From the IMG/VR virus record IMGVR_UViG_3300038678_000291, positions 1 through 64,000 of that record: a stretch of 64,000 nucleotides of DNA; one strand, given 5' to 3'. The DNA comes from a virus. This document shows, one piece after another, positions 17,310 through 27,713 of the stretch (the first letter of the stretch is position 1; the number at the start of each line of letters is the position of its first letter). The notes beneath the pieces were generated by a model that saw only the letters and a program-made list of their open reading frames with translations, did not search any database and was not told the origin of the DNA. The translations under genes were made by a program, and so were the position numbers.

Positions 17310-18365
17310 TTATTTTTGTAGCTTATCTACGGCTGCACTAATCCTTTTGGACAGTGCCTCAAGCTGGCCCAACTCTGCCGTCTCAAGGTTTATGCTTTTG
17401 CTGTCCGCTTCCACAGAAACCGTATCGCTTCCTGTGGGAGCCTCGCTCAGCAATATTTCTCTGCCTTCCCCAATGGATGCCAGCAAGGTTTCTCGCTGCT
17501 GGCTGTCGGCGTCCTCCTGGGTTGCTGGCTGTTTTGGTGGAGGGGTAAAAGATGATTTGGCCTTCTTCAGTTTTTCTCCCAAGCCATTGGCCTTCCGTGC
17601 AGTCTTATCTGCTACCGCCTCACTCTCTACCTCAATGATATCCCCATCCCCACCAAAGACCTCCCGTTGGGAAATGCCCAAATCGCCCAGGGTGTCCACT
17701 GCCGCCACCTTCTGTAGCCGTGGGCATTGGGGGAGGGTCTTTGCCAGTCGCCGGATAACAGTCTTTTTTATCATTTCGGGTTCATGCTTGTTCCACGGGG
17801 ACTCAGGGGCTTTTATAGATGCTGAATTTTTCTTGATCTTATCGACTTCCTCAATCCACATGAATTCAAACTTTTTAATACCCCCGACAAGCTCGGCTAT
17901 GGCATATGCCCCGATTATTGCCTCTCCTCTTTTGCCTGGCGGTAATGGGGTATGCCTAAGTTCCTGGTTGGTTCCATATTCTAAGTTAAAGGGTTCGCTT
18001 TCATATACCAGCCGGGCATAAATATCTACCACCTTCTCTGACCGCCGGGCCAGTTCAATCAATCCCCTGTAGCCCGGAATCAACTGCACCCTCAAGACAC
18101 CCCTGACACGGTAAGGCACCAGGTAGGCATGCCCCAAAATACTATCGGGCACAAGGCGCAAAATGGCACATTCCAGCAAGCTGGCAATCAACGAACCCCT
18201 ATCACACTCCAGTAGCTTGGGGTTGCGCTGGACGGTTATCATGGCCACCCGGATAAAATAATCAACGGGGATCACCTTCCCCAGTGCTTCGCTAAGCGCT
18301 CCTTGCCTTGCATCCAACAAGTTCCTGACATTGTTAACCTGAACTACTAAGTCTTTGCTTCCCAT
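17310..18365 (-). CDS. recT: RecT-family ssDNA annealing recombinase
   Basis: P.LLEC...SL, LGHAYLVPY, PGYRGLIELARRS, PW....EM.KKTVIRRL.K.LP. Confidence 0.93.
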   Translation of the reverse strand: MGSKDLVVQVNNVRNLLDARQGALSEALGKVIPVDYFIRVAMITVQRNPKLLECDRGSLIASLLECAILRLVPDSILGHAYLVPYRVRGVLRVQLIPGYRGLIELARRSEKVVDIYARLVYESEPFNLEYGTNQELRHTPLPPGKRGEAIIGAYAIAELVGGIKKFEFMWIEEVDKIKKNSASIKAPESPWNKHEPEMIKKTVIRRLAKTLPQCPRLQKVAAVDTLGDLGISQREVFGGDGDIIEVESEAVADKTARKANGLGEKLKKAKSSFTPPPKQPATQEDADSQQRETLLASIGEGREILLSEAPTGSDTVSVEADSKSINLETAELGQLEALSKRISAAVDKLQK

Positions 18366-18376
18366 GTATTACCTCC

Positions 18377-18751
18377 TTAATCGGTTATTGGTTGAATAAC
18401 TGAATGGCTTGTGATTTCCGGTTCCACATAGTCATCTTCCCCAAAAGATATTTCTACCCAGTCTACGGGGGTTGAATTATCTTTATATTTATATTCATCT
18501 AAAATTGCTTTTATCTTTTCCCTGACACCATCAAGCAAGTCACTAAGCACCCATCCTTCCTTGCTGCCATCAGGGGCAACAAGGAAACTGCTATAAGAAT
18601 TTATTAAAGCGGGGACAGTGTCCGAAACCGGTATCTCCCTTTTTTCGCCCTCGTCCATTACTCTAATTGCTTTAATTCTTTTGTGAATTTCTTTTAAGAC
18701 ATCAGGGTTCCAGCTACAGATTACGATTGCATGGTGTTTCATGTATCCCAC
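18377..18751 (-). CDS. Hypothetical phage protein
   Basis: GGAGG RBS; MGY..HHAIV and PDGSKEGW. Confidence 0.6.
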   Translation of the reverse strand: MGYMKHHAIVICSWNPDVLKEIHKRIKAIRVMDEGEKREIPVSDTVPALINSYSSFLVAPDGSKEGWVLSDLLDGVREKIKAILDEYKYKDNSTPVDWVEISFGEDDYVEPEITSHSVIQPITD

Positions 18752-18762
18752 AACATTCCTCC

Positions 18763-19710
18763 TTAAATTGCGTAAATTCTTAGTGGCCTGGATACGCTTT
18801 CCTTGAGATATTTCTGGGCGATTTCCGGCTCATCGTGTTTTAATGCCCCGGTATCCAGCCGGTTTGATACTACAGGTTTATAATAAATCCTTGAGCCAAT
18901 TGTCTCGGCCACTCCCCATTTCCCCATCTTTTCCTTGATGCGGGTTTTTACACCTTCCAACAACTCTCCCGCCTCATCGGCGATCTCTTTGGCTCTCCAG
19001 TATTCAATCATCAACGAATCAAATTCAAGAGAGATTATATCAGGCCATTCAGGGGCATCCTTCACGCTTGCCAAGAGATGCTTGCCCTGACAACTCGTGC
19101 GCCAATTGCATTTAGGGCATCGCTTATCTGTGGGCTTAAGCCGATCCGGTTCCTTGCCCACGGTCATCTCATCCCAAAACAAGGTGCAGGCCGAAACAAT
19201 CTCTTTGATGATTGATTCATCCCTCTCTACATCGGGAGCCAAGAACCCCACATTGTCAGGGCAAAAAACCCCAAAGCCTCCCACTTCAGACCCCCAAATA
19301 GCTATCTGGTCTTGTAATTGCAAAATATAGGCATCGGGGATACCGTTCCGCCTTATTTCGTTGAACATCCGCTCTCCTGGAACTTTTATTTCTAAAGGCA
19401 CCCTGTCTTTTACGATCACCGTCAATCTATCCAGGTGACAAAACATTGGGGAGGTTTCCATCCTAATTGTTTCTTTGTGCTCCTCTACCAGCCTTCCTGT
19501 CTTATCCGCATATAGATCGGCCACAATAGGTTCAAAGAAGTTTCCCCGCTCCATTGCCACGGTCGGTATAAGGGCATAATCCGGTGCCACTTGTTTTTTG
19601 CGGTAGAACAGCCGCCTCCGGCATCCATAGGGTTCCAGGTTGAATACATCTCCAATCTCAGATGCTCCAATGCCAAGGTGACGCCTAGCAAGTTGTTCTT
19701 CTGTTAGCAT
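18763..19710 (-). CDS. YqaJ-like viral recombinase exonuclease
   Basis: R..GIGASE, RG..FEP, LD....LEIK, Y.LQLQ; start MLTEEQ after AAAGGAG. Confidence 0.9.
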   Translation of the reverse strand: MLTEEQLARRHLGIGASEIGDVFNLEPYGCRRRLFYRKKQVAPDYALIPTVAMERGNFFEPIVADLYADKTGRLVEEHKETIRMETSPMFCHLDRLTVIVKDRVPLEIKVPGERMFNEIRRNGIPDAYILQLQDQIAIWGSEVGGFGVFCPDNVGFLAPDVERDESIIKEIVSACTLFWDEMTVGKEPDRLKPTDKRCPKCNWRTSCQGKHLLASVKDAPEWPDIISLEFDSLMIEYWRAKEIADEAGELLEGVKTRIKEKMGKWGVAETIGSRIYYKPVVSNRLDTGALKHDEPEIAQKYLKESVSRPLRIYAI

Positions 19711-19737
19711 TATTTCTCCTTTCTTGATTGGTGGTAA

Positions 19738-19846
19738 GTGGTGGCTGGCAGGACTTTCATCTCCCTGCCTGGAACGGTTCCCCGCTACTCGCTTCGCCCC
19801 GATCGGAAAAGAAGCTCTTGGTGCATGCCAAAACCGCAGCCACCAC
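19738..19846 (-). ncRNA. tRNA-mimic element C
   Basis: GTGGTGGCTG/CAGCCACCAC stem, CGGTTT linker as in element A, GCAGG..TGAAAGT-CCTGC arm. Confidence 0.6.
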
Positions 19847-19904
19847 ATCGTTCACCAGCCCCTCGCCTCGATCCCGGTTGCAGTCGGCGAGCCCACCCTG
19901 TGAT

Positions 19905-20450
19905 TCCCCGCTGGCATAATTAGTTTGTCCCCCGCCCCCCTGGTTCCCTGTATTTCCCCACCCAGAGGATTAGGCCGCCCAATGTCACATCACCTCGGCC
20001 AGCGGGGAGCATTAGGTTCCCTGCGGGCAGCTTGCTCATGTACGCTGCGGATAGCCTCCAGCCTTGACAAGTGGAATGCAAAGGCACTGTCTGGCTATTT
20101 TCCCCTATCTGTCCACCACTGATACCGCAGGGAATCTTGTCAAAATGTGGATGGGCATGCGCTAGCCTTTGTCAACGCCGTTAACTCTCCCGAAGGATAC
20201 AAAGGCGGGCCGACGCCACCCCAGAACCATGGGCGTACTCAGCATTTCTGCCTATCCGTTTCCCTGTTTAATGTGCGGGCTTACACATATACCCAAGTCG
20301 GTATTTGCCCATCCACATTGTCAAAGTGCAGTTTGTTTGCCTAGCTCTCCTCTCTCCAGGCTTGGCAGCCCCTAGGTCGTACTCACCACCGCTGCTACCC
20401 TTCCATTTCCTGTTTGCTCTAGCCTTACCACATCCTCAGCTTGGGCAAGC
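19905..20450 (-). ncRNA. Tandem closed-stem RNA domains
   Basis: Perfect terminal inverted repeats: 19905-20008 (11 bp), 20017-20134 (10 bp), 20144-20319 (14 bp); weaker one at about 20335-20450. Confidence 0.6.
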
Positions 20451-20465
20451 TTCAGTCGTTACTGG

Positions 20466-20864
20466 CTATTGCCTGGACTGGTTGCCCGGTGCTGGTGGAT
20501 GGGTTAGCAAGTGCTCATGCTCGTAAATATTGCCAAGTATTTCCCAATCAAGTGTTACGTGCCCTCTAAAATATCGGCTCCATGTTTTTTGACTTGCAAA
20601 AGGATAGAAACCTGTCTTGCCTTTTAGCCAGCTCACTATTTCCGTTTCGCCCCAGTTATTTAAAACAATATCCCCCTCATATATTTCTCGGCCATTCTTG
20701 TCTATGAGGCCAGTGTATTGCATAAGCTCAACCTTGTCTCCACCGAGGTCATGAAAAATTAGTTCATTTTTGCCTAGCCATTTTCCAATTGTGTGGTTTG
20801 ATGTAGGGAAAACATCAAATCTCATTTCTTGTTTATCCCATGCTCTAAACTTAAACTCCCTCAT
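20466..20864 (-). CDS. YopX-family phage protein
   Basis: MREFKFRAWD...LMQYTGL.DKNG.EIYEGDI...EILGNIYE. Confidence 0.92.
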   Translation of the reverse strand: MREFKFRAWDKQEMRFDVFPTSNHTIGKWLGKNELIFHDLGGDKVELMQYTGLIDKNGREIYEGDIVLNNWGETEIVSWLKGKTGFYPFASQKTWSRYFRGHVTLDWEILGNIYEHEHLLTHPPAPGNQSRQ

Positions 20865-21454
20865 GATTCTTCTCCATGTTCGGCTCTCTCTTTGTATAAC
20901 TCAATAATTTGCTTTCTCACCTTAAGGTTTTGGGGGCGTGCTCCCTCTAACCAGCCCCTCACTCCCATTTCAGACACTCCCGTCTCTATGGCAAGTTCTC
21001 TCAATGTCATCCGGTTGGGAGTTGTTGGGTTAGTAATGAGAACTACCATTTCTTTCATTGTCATTACGGTTAAATTCTTATCAATCCCGCATCTGGGGTG
21101 GTTCTTTTCTGATAATAAATGGGTTTGGGGTTTGTGGGCAAGCCGCCTAAAATATTCACATCGCACGTCTCTGCTGTTTTTGTATTCGCTCCCGTCAGGA
21201 TTTACGACCTTGAATTTAATGTCAGGGCGTATTTTCCTCAACAGCTTTATTTTCTTAATGCTTTGATGATATGCCTGTCTGTTGGCACTTACCTCGTAAT
21301 ATGTATCGTTGCTAGGGCAATAAAAATCTGGTTTATAGGTTTGATTGCCTCCCCTTTTGGGGCAGGGAGTATCTAACTGGAGCACTGGCTCGTAGATGTA
21401 GGTTTTGCCCTGAGCGGTTAGAAAATCTGCGAATTGTTGTTCAGATGGATACAT
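20861..21454 (-). CDS. PD-(D/E)XK-like nuclease domain fused to a C-terminal HTH
   Basis: YEP...YKPDFY......YEV; TLRELAIETGVS...VRGW. Confidence 0.6.
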   Translation of the reverse strand: MYPSEQQFADFLTAQGKTYIYEPVLQLDTPCPKRGGNQTYKPDFYCPSNDTYYEVSANRQAYHQSIKKIKLLRKIRPDIKFKVVNPDGSEYKNSRDVRCEYFRRLAHKPQTHLLSEKNHPRCGIDKNLTVMTMKEMVVLITNPTTPNRMTLRELAIETGVSEMGVRGWLEGARPQNLKVRKQIIELYKERAEHGEES

Positions 21455-21596
21455 TTTCTTTTTTTTTGCTCTTTTTTGTTTTTTCCTTGATTAGCTCAAC
21501 AAGCAGGTCTTGCAAGCTCTTCCCTTCTAATGCAGCAATTGCCTTAATTTCTCTGTGGACTTGCTCATTAAGGTCTCTTAAGTTTATATTGGCCAT
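21441..21596 (-). CDS. Ribbon-helix-helix regulator
   Basis: INLRDL...VHR.IK..AA.EG.SLQ; AAGGAG RBS. Confidence 0.75.
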   Translation of the reverse strand: MANINLRDLNEQVHREIKAIAALEGKSLQDLLVELIKEKTKKSKKKENVSI

Positions 21597-21637
21597 GTTT
21601 AATCTCCTTGTGTGTTGAGTTAGTATATTGTGTTTGC

Positions 21638-21667
21638 ATTGTAGCACAAGATACAAAAGATTGTCAA
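21638..21667 (-). promoter_or_regulatory. Sigma70-type leftward promoter
   Basis: TTGACA-N18-TACAAT with an extended TG. Confidence 0.7.
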
Positions 21668-21729
21668 GAGAAATCGCATCCTAAACCCAACTTTTCCCAA
21701 TAAATTACAAACCATAATTATATTCTCGG

Positions 21730-22323
21730 CTATGGGTTCACTTTATGGGTTAATCCACCACAGAGAATATCTACAAACCAGAATTTATCCACCTTGCGAA
21801 TATCTATTAAGCCTATATTCTCCTTGATAAAATTCTGTATATTCTTCTCTTTTATCCACCACATGTCTCCGCCTTGTTTTTCCGTTCTTAATGTCCCCCT
21901 CTTTTTCGCTTTCAAATAGCCCAGGTTTATCCATCTGGTAATGGTTTTCACATCACATCCAAAACATTCTGCAAGTTGACGGGCTGTGTATCCGGAAAGG
22001 TTTTTTAATAGCCTGAGCCTTCTCCGTTTTAAATGGATTCCGGTAAAACTTCTGGTAAATCCCCTTTTCTTGAGATGTTTTCGTATTATTTGAAGGGATT
22101 TATGTGCATTTTTCGTTAAAATCTCTATTTCTTTTGATGACCACCGAGATTCTTTTATTTTAGGCTCATATGCGTTAATTTCTCTGGCTCTCCGTGAGAT
22201 CGTATAGCTTGGCATGCCAAGCCTCTGGGCAAGTTCGGTTACCTCACTGTTCCCGGTTTTATGGCGATAAACCCTCCTGATCCTTTCGTCAATTTCGGGG
22301 GTAAAAAAATATTTGCGGCGCAT
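21730..22323 (-). CDS. Multi-HTH DNA-binding protein
   Basis: WS..E...L and YTARQLAECFG.D.KTITRWI..G.LKA. Confidence 0.75.
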   Translation of the reverse strand: MRRKYFFTPEIDERIRRVYRHKTGNSEVTELAQRLGMPSYTISRRAREINAYEPKIKESRWSSKEIEILTKNAHKSLQIIRKHLKKRGFTRSFTGIHLKRRRLRLLKNLSGYTARQLAECFGCDVKTITRWINLGYLKAKKRGTLRTEKQGGDMWWIKEKNIQNFIKENIGLIDIRKVDKFWFVDILCGGLTHKVNP

Positions 22324-22488
22324 CTTTAACCATGAGTCCTTTTTGTTTTAAGCCTTCTCACCAAAAAAGGACAGTTTGGGTTTTTAGGGATACAGTATCT
22401 AAGATATTTCCATTTGGGAATTAGCTTGGGCTTTCGCTTGCTGTTTTTCCGGCAATAATAGTTGAGCAGGATTTTCATGGCCAATCTA

Positions 22489-25400
22489 CTAATTCAAACT
22501 CCCAGTCAAACTCTTGTGTTTCTTGGCCGGCGGCGGCTTAGCATCCAACAGGCCTGCCAACATCTTGTGTTGGGCGGCCAGCGTATCTCTCAAGGAAACG
22601 GCTTTTCTTACATCTTCGTTAGCTTGCCGCATATCTGCTTCATAGGCTGCCAGTAATTTTTCTATCTTAATGCGTTCCGCGCTCTTTTTGCTCATGACTC
22701 TCTCCTAAATTGGTTGGATTGAATCCAGCAATAGCTTATAATACCAAGAATGTTCCCCTGTTTTACTGCCATCGCTTTTGCGATATTTAATTCCACCTTC
22801 GCTAATCCAGTATAATTGAGTTTCTCTTAATTTGGCTGTGTAGCCACTTTCGCCATGTCCCCTTGATTGTTCGATCCCAGTATGCGTAAACTTAGGATTG
22901 CCCATGATTATTTCATCTCCTTAAGTTTATCCGGCTACCCTGACAATTCAAAGCTCCCATCAAACCCAATGCCGCGGTAATCAACAGCATGTTTTACGGC
23001 TATCGGTTCCTGCCCAAAACCAATATAGACAGAATTTCCACAAGAGGGACACTCCCACTCATCTGCCATAACTTTGTAGTAGGGCTTCCCCTCGTTCAAT
23101 GCCTGCAAAACCACTCCGTTCTTTTTAGGGCGCATTTTTACCATGCAGCAACCACAGACCACTTTAGGTATTTCTGGCATTTAACTCCCTCCTCTCTGTT
23201 TAAATCGTTCCTTTTTAAATTTTGATAGTTCATTAAGAAATCTTCTTATGGTATGCTCTTCGCTTATAATTATATCTTCATCGTCAAGGCTATCGGCTTC
23301 TCCTGTGATACAAGGAGCACACCCAACCCACCCAACAGCTAGTGATAATAAATAGCTTGCAGGGTTATCGCAGTTATCGCAGAGAACTAAAAAAGTATCT
23401 ATTCTTAACCCTTTTTTGTTTGCCATTGTTGTTCTCCGTGTTTTCACAATTCAACAGACAAGTGCTCAATAAACCATGTCCGCATAGATGATAAATCGTT
23501 TGCCAGGCCGAATAATTCTCTCCTGTCAAAACCGTCCTTCGCCAAGATTCCCTCACGCAGGCAGATTATCCTTTGTAAGTCTATCTCGGTAGCCAGCCTC
23601 ACCGCTTTATCCTTGTCCCGGCTTCTATCCACAACCCACCCCTCCTGTATAATACATAGTACGCCTAATTAAGCCTCCTCTTTATATTCAGCATCTTCAA
23701 GCATCTGGTCAACGGTATAGTGGTTTGGGTATTTGGCCTCATATTCATCTGCTGTAAGGGCTTTGGGCACTGTCAATGCCTCAACTAGGATCATCAACTC
23801 CATCCGGTTTAGCCTTTTGATGGGGGTGAGCCTGAATTTTTCTCCGGCCTCACTGCAAAGCTGATCGAACCGTTCATACATCTTGGCGCTACCACCAAAC
23901 CGATCACAAAGTAAATCAAAAAACTGGTTGAAAATTACCTCTTTGCTGTCCACTGTTTTTTCTCCTTTGCAAATTTCAGCATTTCCTGTAAGGTTTCGCT
24001 TAAAGTGTTTGTGTTGAATCGCTTGGTCTCATAGCTGTTTCGGTGTATCCAGCCCGTATACCATGTTTCGCCTCTACTTGTAGTGGTTTGGCCAATATCC
24101 CAGATATGGAACTTCCCCTGTTTGCACAAACGCTGGAGTTCTTTAATTGATTGGAGTATCGTCACTGTTCCCCTCCTTTACAATTCTGTGTCTATGCTGA
24201 TTATTTCCCAGTTCCCACGCCTTGTCCATCCCTCCCAGCCCAGGGTAGCCTCCGCCCGGCCTGAAGGTGTATGAGCAGGATCGTTGTCGTCTGGATGCCG
24301 TTTATACTCCCCGCAGATAATTACTCTAAACGCCCCCTTGCATATATCTATCACGGCCTGATTCAAGCTTATGCGGTCTGGATAGAAACCCCCTTCCTTT
24401 TGCAAATCCCAATGTGCCTGGTTGGGATAGACATTAAGTTTCCATTGCTCTACAAATCGGTTTGCTCTGTCTTGGGCATCCACGAGGCTACCTCCCCTTA
24501 AGAGAAAATCCAGGAACTTAGATAATAAAACGCAATCACAACAGAAACAAATGAAGCAATTATGATAATACCTAGCCTCTCTTGGTTTTTCTTTAATATC
24601 CCATAATCATATTTATTATCTGGCAGACTATTACACCAGATTATCCCTACCCGGAACACTAAAAATGAAATAAAAAACCACAATACAGTTGCTTTTAAGT
24701 CATTCATTGCTCTGCCTTTCATGTTAAGGTTAACTGCCTGGCCCAACCTACCACAAGGCGATAAGCTGGATAGAAAGTTAAACATGGATAACCTTAATGT
24801 CATTGTTAAAGGCATTGGCCTTGTGTAATTCACTTATCCAGCCAGAGGGATACTTATGCTCAACTCCTTCGCTGGTAACTAAGTAATAATGCTTCCCATT
24901 TTGATATACCTTGCTGCCCCGGTCTATCTTAATCAGCTTCCCCTGAACTACTATCTTCGCTATACGCTTGAGTAATTTTTTTTGCATGATACTGCCCCCC
25001 ATGTTAAGGTTAACCGCCTATCCCAACCCACCCGGTGGATGGGCTGAAGAGGGAGTTAAGCTTCTTGAAATTGGTTGCAGTTTCCCTCTTTATTACAATC
25101 CCTGCAGACGCTAAACCCCTGATTGGCATAAACCCCCACGCCCAAAGCGTTTTTTTTGTAACTTTGCGTAATTCCCGTAACGGGATTGGTTTTTTTAGGT
25201 AATGGATTTGCCTCGCAAAGCTGGGTATACCACATACCTTCTCGTGTTCCCCTAAAGTTCCTACATAAGCAACAAATCGTCATTTTCCTTCCCTCCTTGT
25301 TAAGGCATTCCCAAGTATTTCTTGGCCTGACATCTTAATCCTCATCATCAACAAAATAAAATCCTGAATTCTCCAATGCGGCACGGTATATCGAAGCCAC

Positions 25401-27312
25401 ATAATTACACTCAAAGTTTCCTGCGTCACCAAACCATTTGTCGTGTTTGGAGCTATAGCGTGCAGATACAATTTGGTTGTTGCCAAACATATCGTGCCTG
25501 CTTGCAATATTGGCGGCAAAAGCAATTCGTTCCCTGTATCCAGCCCTGTTGTTAATCTGCCGGAGGTGGATAGTTTTTCCGGTCTCTCCCTTGTGGCCTT
25601 TGTGGATGATTTTCATGGTTGGTTCTTTTTTAAGGTTAACCGCCTATCTCAACCCACCCCGGCGGATGGGTTGAGGAGGAAGTTAAGAGCTTTACCCGTA
25701 AATTGTCAGGGTGATGCCTGCTGCTAGGTTGAATAGACTCTCAGACATACAGCTGCTTCTGAATGTGCTATTAGCACCATAAAAGAAGCTCGTTACCTTG
25801 TACCCTAGGTGTCCTGATGTCAACCAAATGCAACGGTATTCCTTATAGTCTTGATATTTAATTGCGTCCATTTCCATCTTCCTGTCCTCCATGTTTAAGG
25901 TTAATTGTTGATTCTATCTATCAATTTCTTAATTCGCTTCGCTTTAGCCTGGGCATCGGCGGCTAGTGTTTGTAATTCTTGTTCTACACGATAAGCTATA
26001 TTGAGTAATCTGGCTTGGCCTTCAAAACCGAATTCCCCATTTGATTCATAATAATTCGGGTCCCATTCAATCCCTTCGCCAAATAGTTCCGCTAGTCTGT
26101 CGGCCTTTTGCTGATCGTTCATTTTGCTGCCCTCCGTGTTTAGGTTGTTTCGCAAACCGTAACACTGATTGTCCCGCTTTTTGTCCTGCTTCCTAGTGGA
26201 AATAGTTGCTGGCCGTAACTAAGGATTGACCGCCTCGGCCTCGTTCAGTTTCTTTTCTATCTTCCTCAGTTTTTTCTCATATACCTGATGGGGCACCGCG
26301 GCTCCCCTTTCCCACCGGTAAATTGTTGCCTCAGATTTCAATCCCACATTAAGTGCCAGTTCAAGGCGGCCCCCGACCTTTTTCCTGATTGCTTTAATTT
26401 CCTTCGGTGTTATCATTGCTGCAACCTCCGTGACTACTCCGTGATTGTGTTTTATAGTAAGTAGAATCCGATGCCCTTTTTTGTAATGCCATACATGCGG
26501 TCACTTCCACCACCATCAAATACTATAAGGCAGAAATTACCCCATCCTGACCGTAGTTTTTCGGTTACCTTCCCTTCACGGCAAAAACCCGATTGGGGAA
26601 ATTCCCCGGGACCGCAAACAGCACCTACCCGCTGCCCGGTTTTTATGTCTCGAAATTCTTGGTCGGTAAACATGCCGTTTCCTTTTTATCTATCAAGTGA
26701 AATAACGCCTTGTGTGAGCGATTAAGCCGATAAGCATCTCTAATTGCCCTAGCACTTGATTTCCCTGTTAAAAATTGCTGGAGCTTGATATAGTCAATAT
26801 CAATTTCTTGGGTCATAATGTTACCTCCAAATTAAATCAATTCTATTGTTAGGGCATTCCCAAGCATTTTTTGGCCTGATACCGCCTTATTAACCAGATG
26901 GTGTTACCAGCATCAAACCAATACTCATCTTTGCGGCTCCCATAAAACAACGCATTCTCAATGTAAGACTTGAAGTTGAAAACAGAATCAGGATACTCAC
27001 TGTATAACATGGTATTATCCCCCCCTTTTTTTAATCCTCATCATCAACAAAATAAAATCCTGAATTCTCCAATGCGGCACGGTATATCGAAGCCACATAA
27101 TTACACTCAAAGTTTCCTGCGTCACCAAACCATTTGTCGTGTTTGGAGCTATAGCGTGCAGATACAATTTGGTTGTTGCCAAACATATCGTGCCTGCTTG
27201 CAATATTGGCGGCAAAAGCAATTCGTTCCCTGTATCCAGCCCTGTTGTTAATCTGCCGGAGGTGGATAGTTTTTCCGGTCTCTCCCTTGTGGCCTTTGTG
27301 GATGATTTTCAT
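22489..27312 (-). CDS. Dense cluster of about 18 small leftward early genes (60-100 aa), including HTH 26219-26416 and a duplicated 93-aa gene
   Basis: Abutting co-oriented ORFs with RBS and repeated intergenic elements. Confidence 0.6.
24728..25688 (-). repeat. Three related 54-56 bp imperfect palindromes (24728-24783, 25008-25061, 25634-25688)
   Basis: Each reads xYTTAAC...CARC..GGTTG(G/A)G..AGGC.GTTAACC and follows a stop codon. Confidence 0.8.
25335..25624 (-). repeat. 290-bp direct repeat, copy 1 (93-aa gene 25335-25616)
   Basis: Identical by eye to 27031-27320. Confidence 0.92.
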
Positions 27313-27320
27313 GGTTGGTT
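27031..27320 (-). repeat. 290-bp direct repeat, copy 2 (93-aa gene 27031-27312)
   Basis: Identical by eye to 25335-25624. Confidence 0.92.
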
Positions 27321-27332
27321 TCCATGTTTAGG

Positions 27333-27713
27333 TTATGAAATATCAATGCCGTATTTGATTTTTGTTTTATATGGCAGGTCTTGGGTTAATCTTAAAATCA
27401 TTGTTTCGGTGTCTGTGAGTTCGATCATTATTTCTTCATAGTTTTGGGGCATTTCAAACTCTCCATAAATCTCCTTCATTGTGATCGTTGGGAGTTCATA
27501 ATCTGCCAACCAATCAGCATCTATTTTGCCATCTTCCCATTGGATTATTAATTGTTTCAGAGCCCTTATCCTGTGGCTTCCCGTAATGGCTTGAGCCTCA
27601 TCCAACATTACAAGGGACGGCCCAACCCAACCCTCATTTTCCGTCATAGCTTTTTTAAGCTCTTTCACTTTGTTTTCATCGTCTGCCGGGTGGTATTGAT
27701 ATATGTTATTCAT
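27333..27713 (-). CDS. ParB/Srx N-terminal-like domain protein
   Basis: V.EL..AM...GW.GP.LV....ITGSHR..A. Confidence 0.7.
   Translation of the reverse strand: MNNIYQYHPADDENKVKELKKAMTENEGWVGPSLVMLDEAQAITGSHRIRALKQLIIQWEDGKIDADWLADYELPTITMKEIYGEFEMPQNYEEIMIELTDTETMILRLTQDLPYKTKIKYGIDIS

Noticed and set aside
19711-19848. N-terminal extension of YqaJ in the ORF track (also upstream extensions of portal, protease, RuvC and the first GT)
   Set aside because: Extensions run through hairpins or structured elements; downstream ATGs match the domain starts better and several have a clear RBS
24728-27320. A true integron
   Set aside because: No tyrosine recombinase or attI in the window and the right core deviates from GTTRRRY; reported only as attC-like
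25335-27320. Diversity-generating retroelement template/variable repeat pair
   Set aside because: Copies are identical with no adenine-specific differences, and no reverse transcriptase is present
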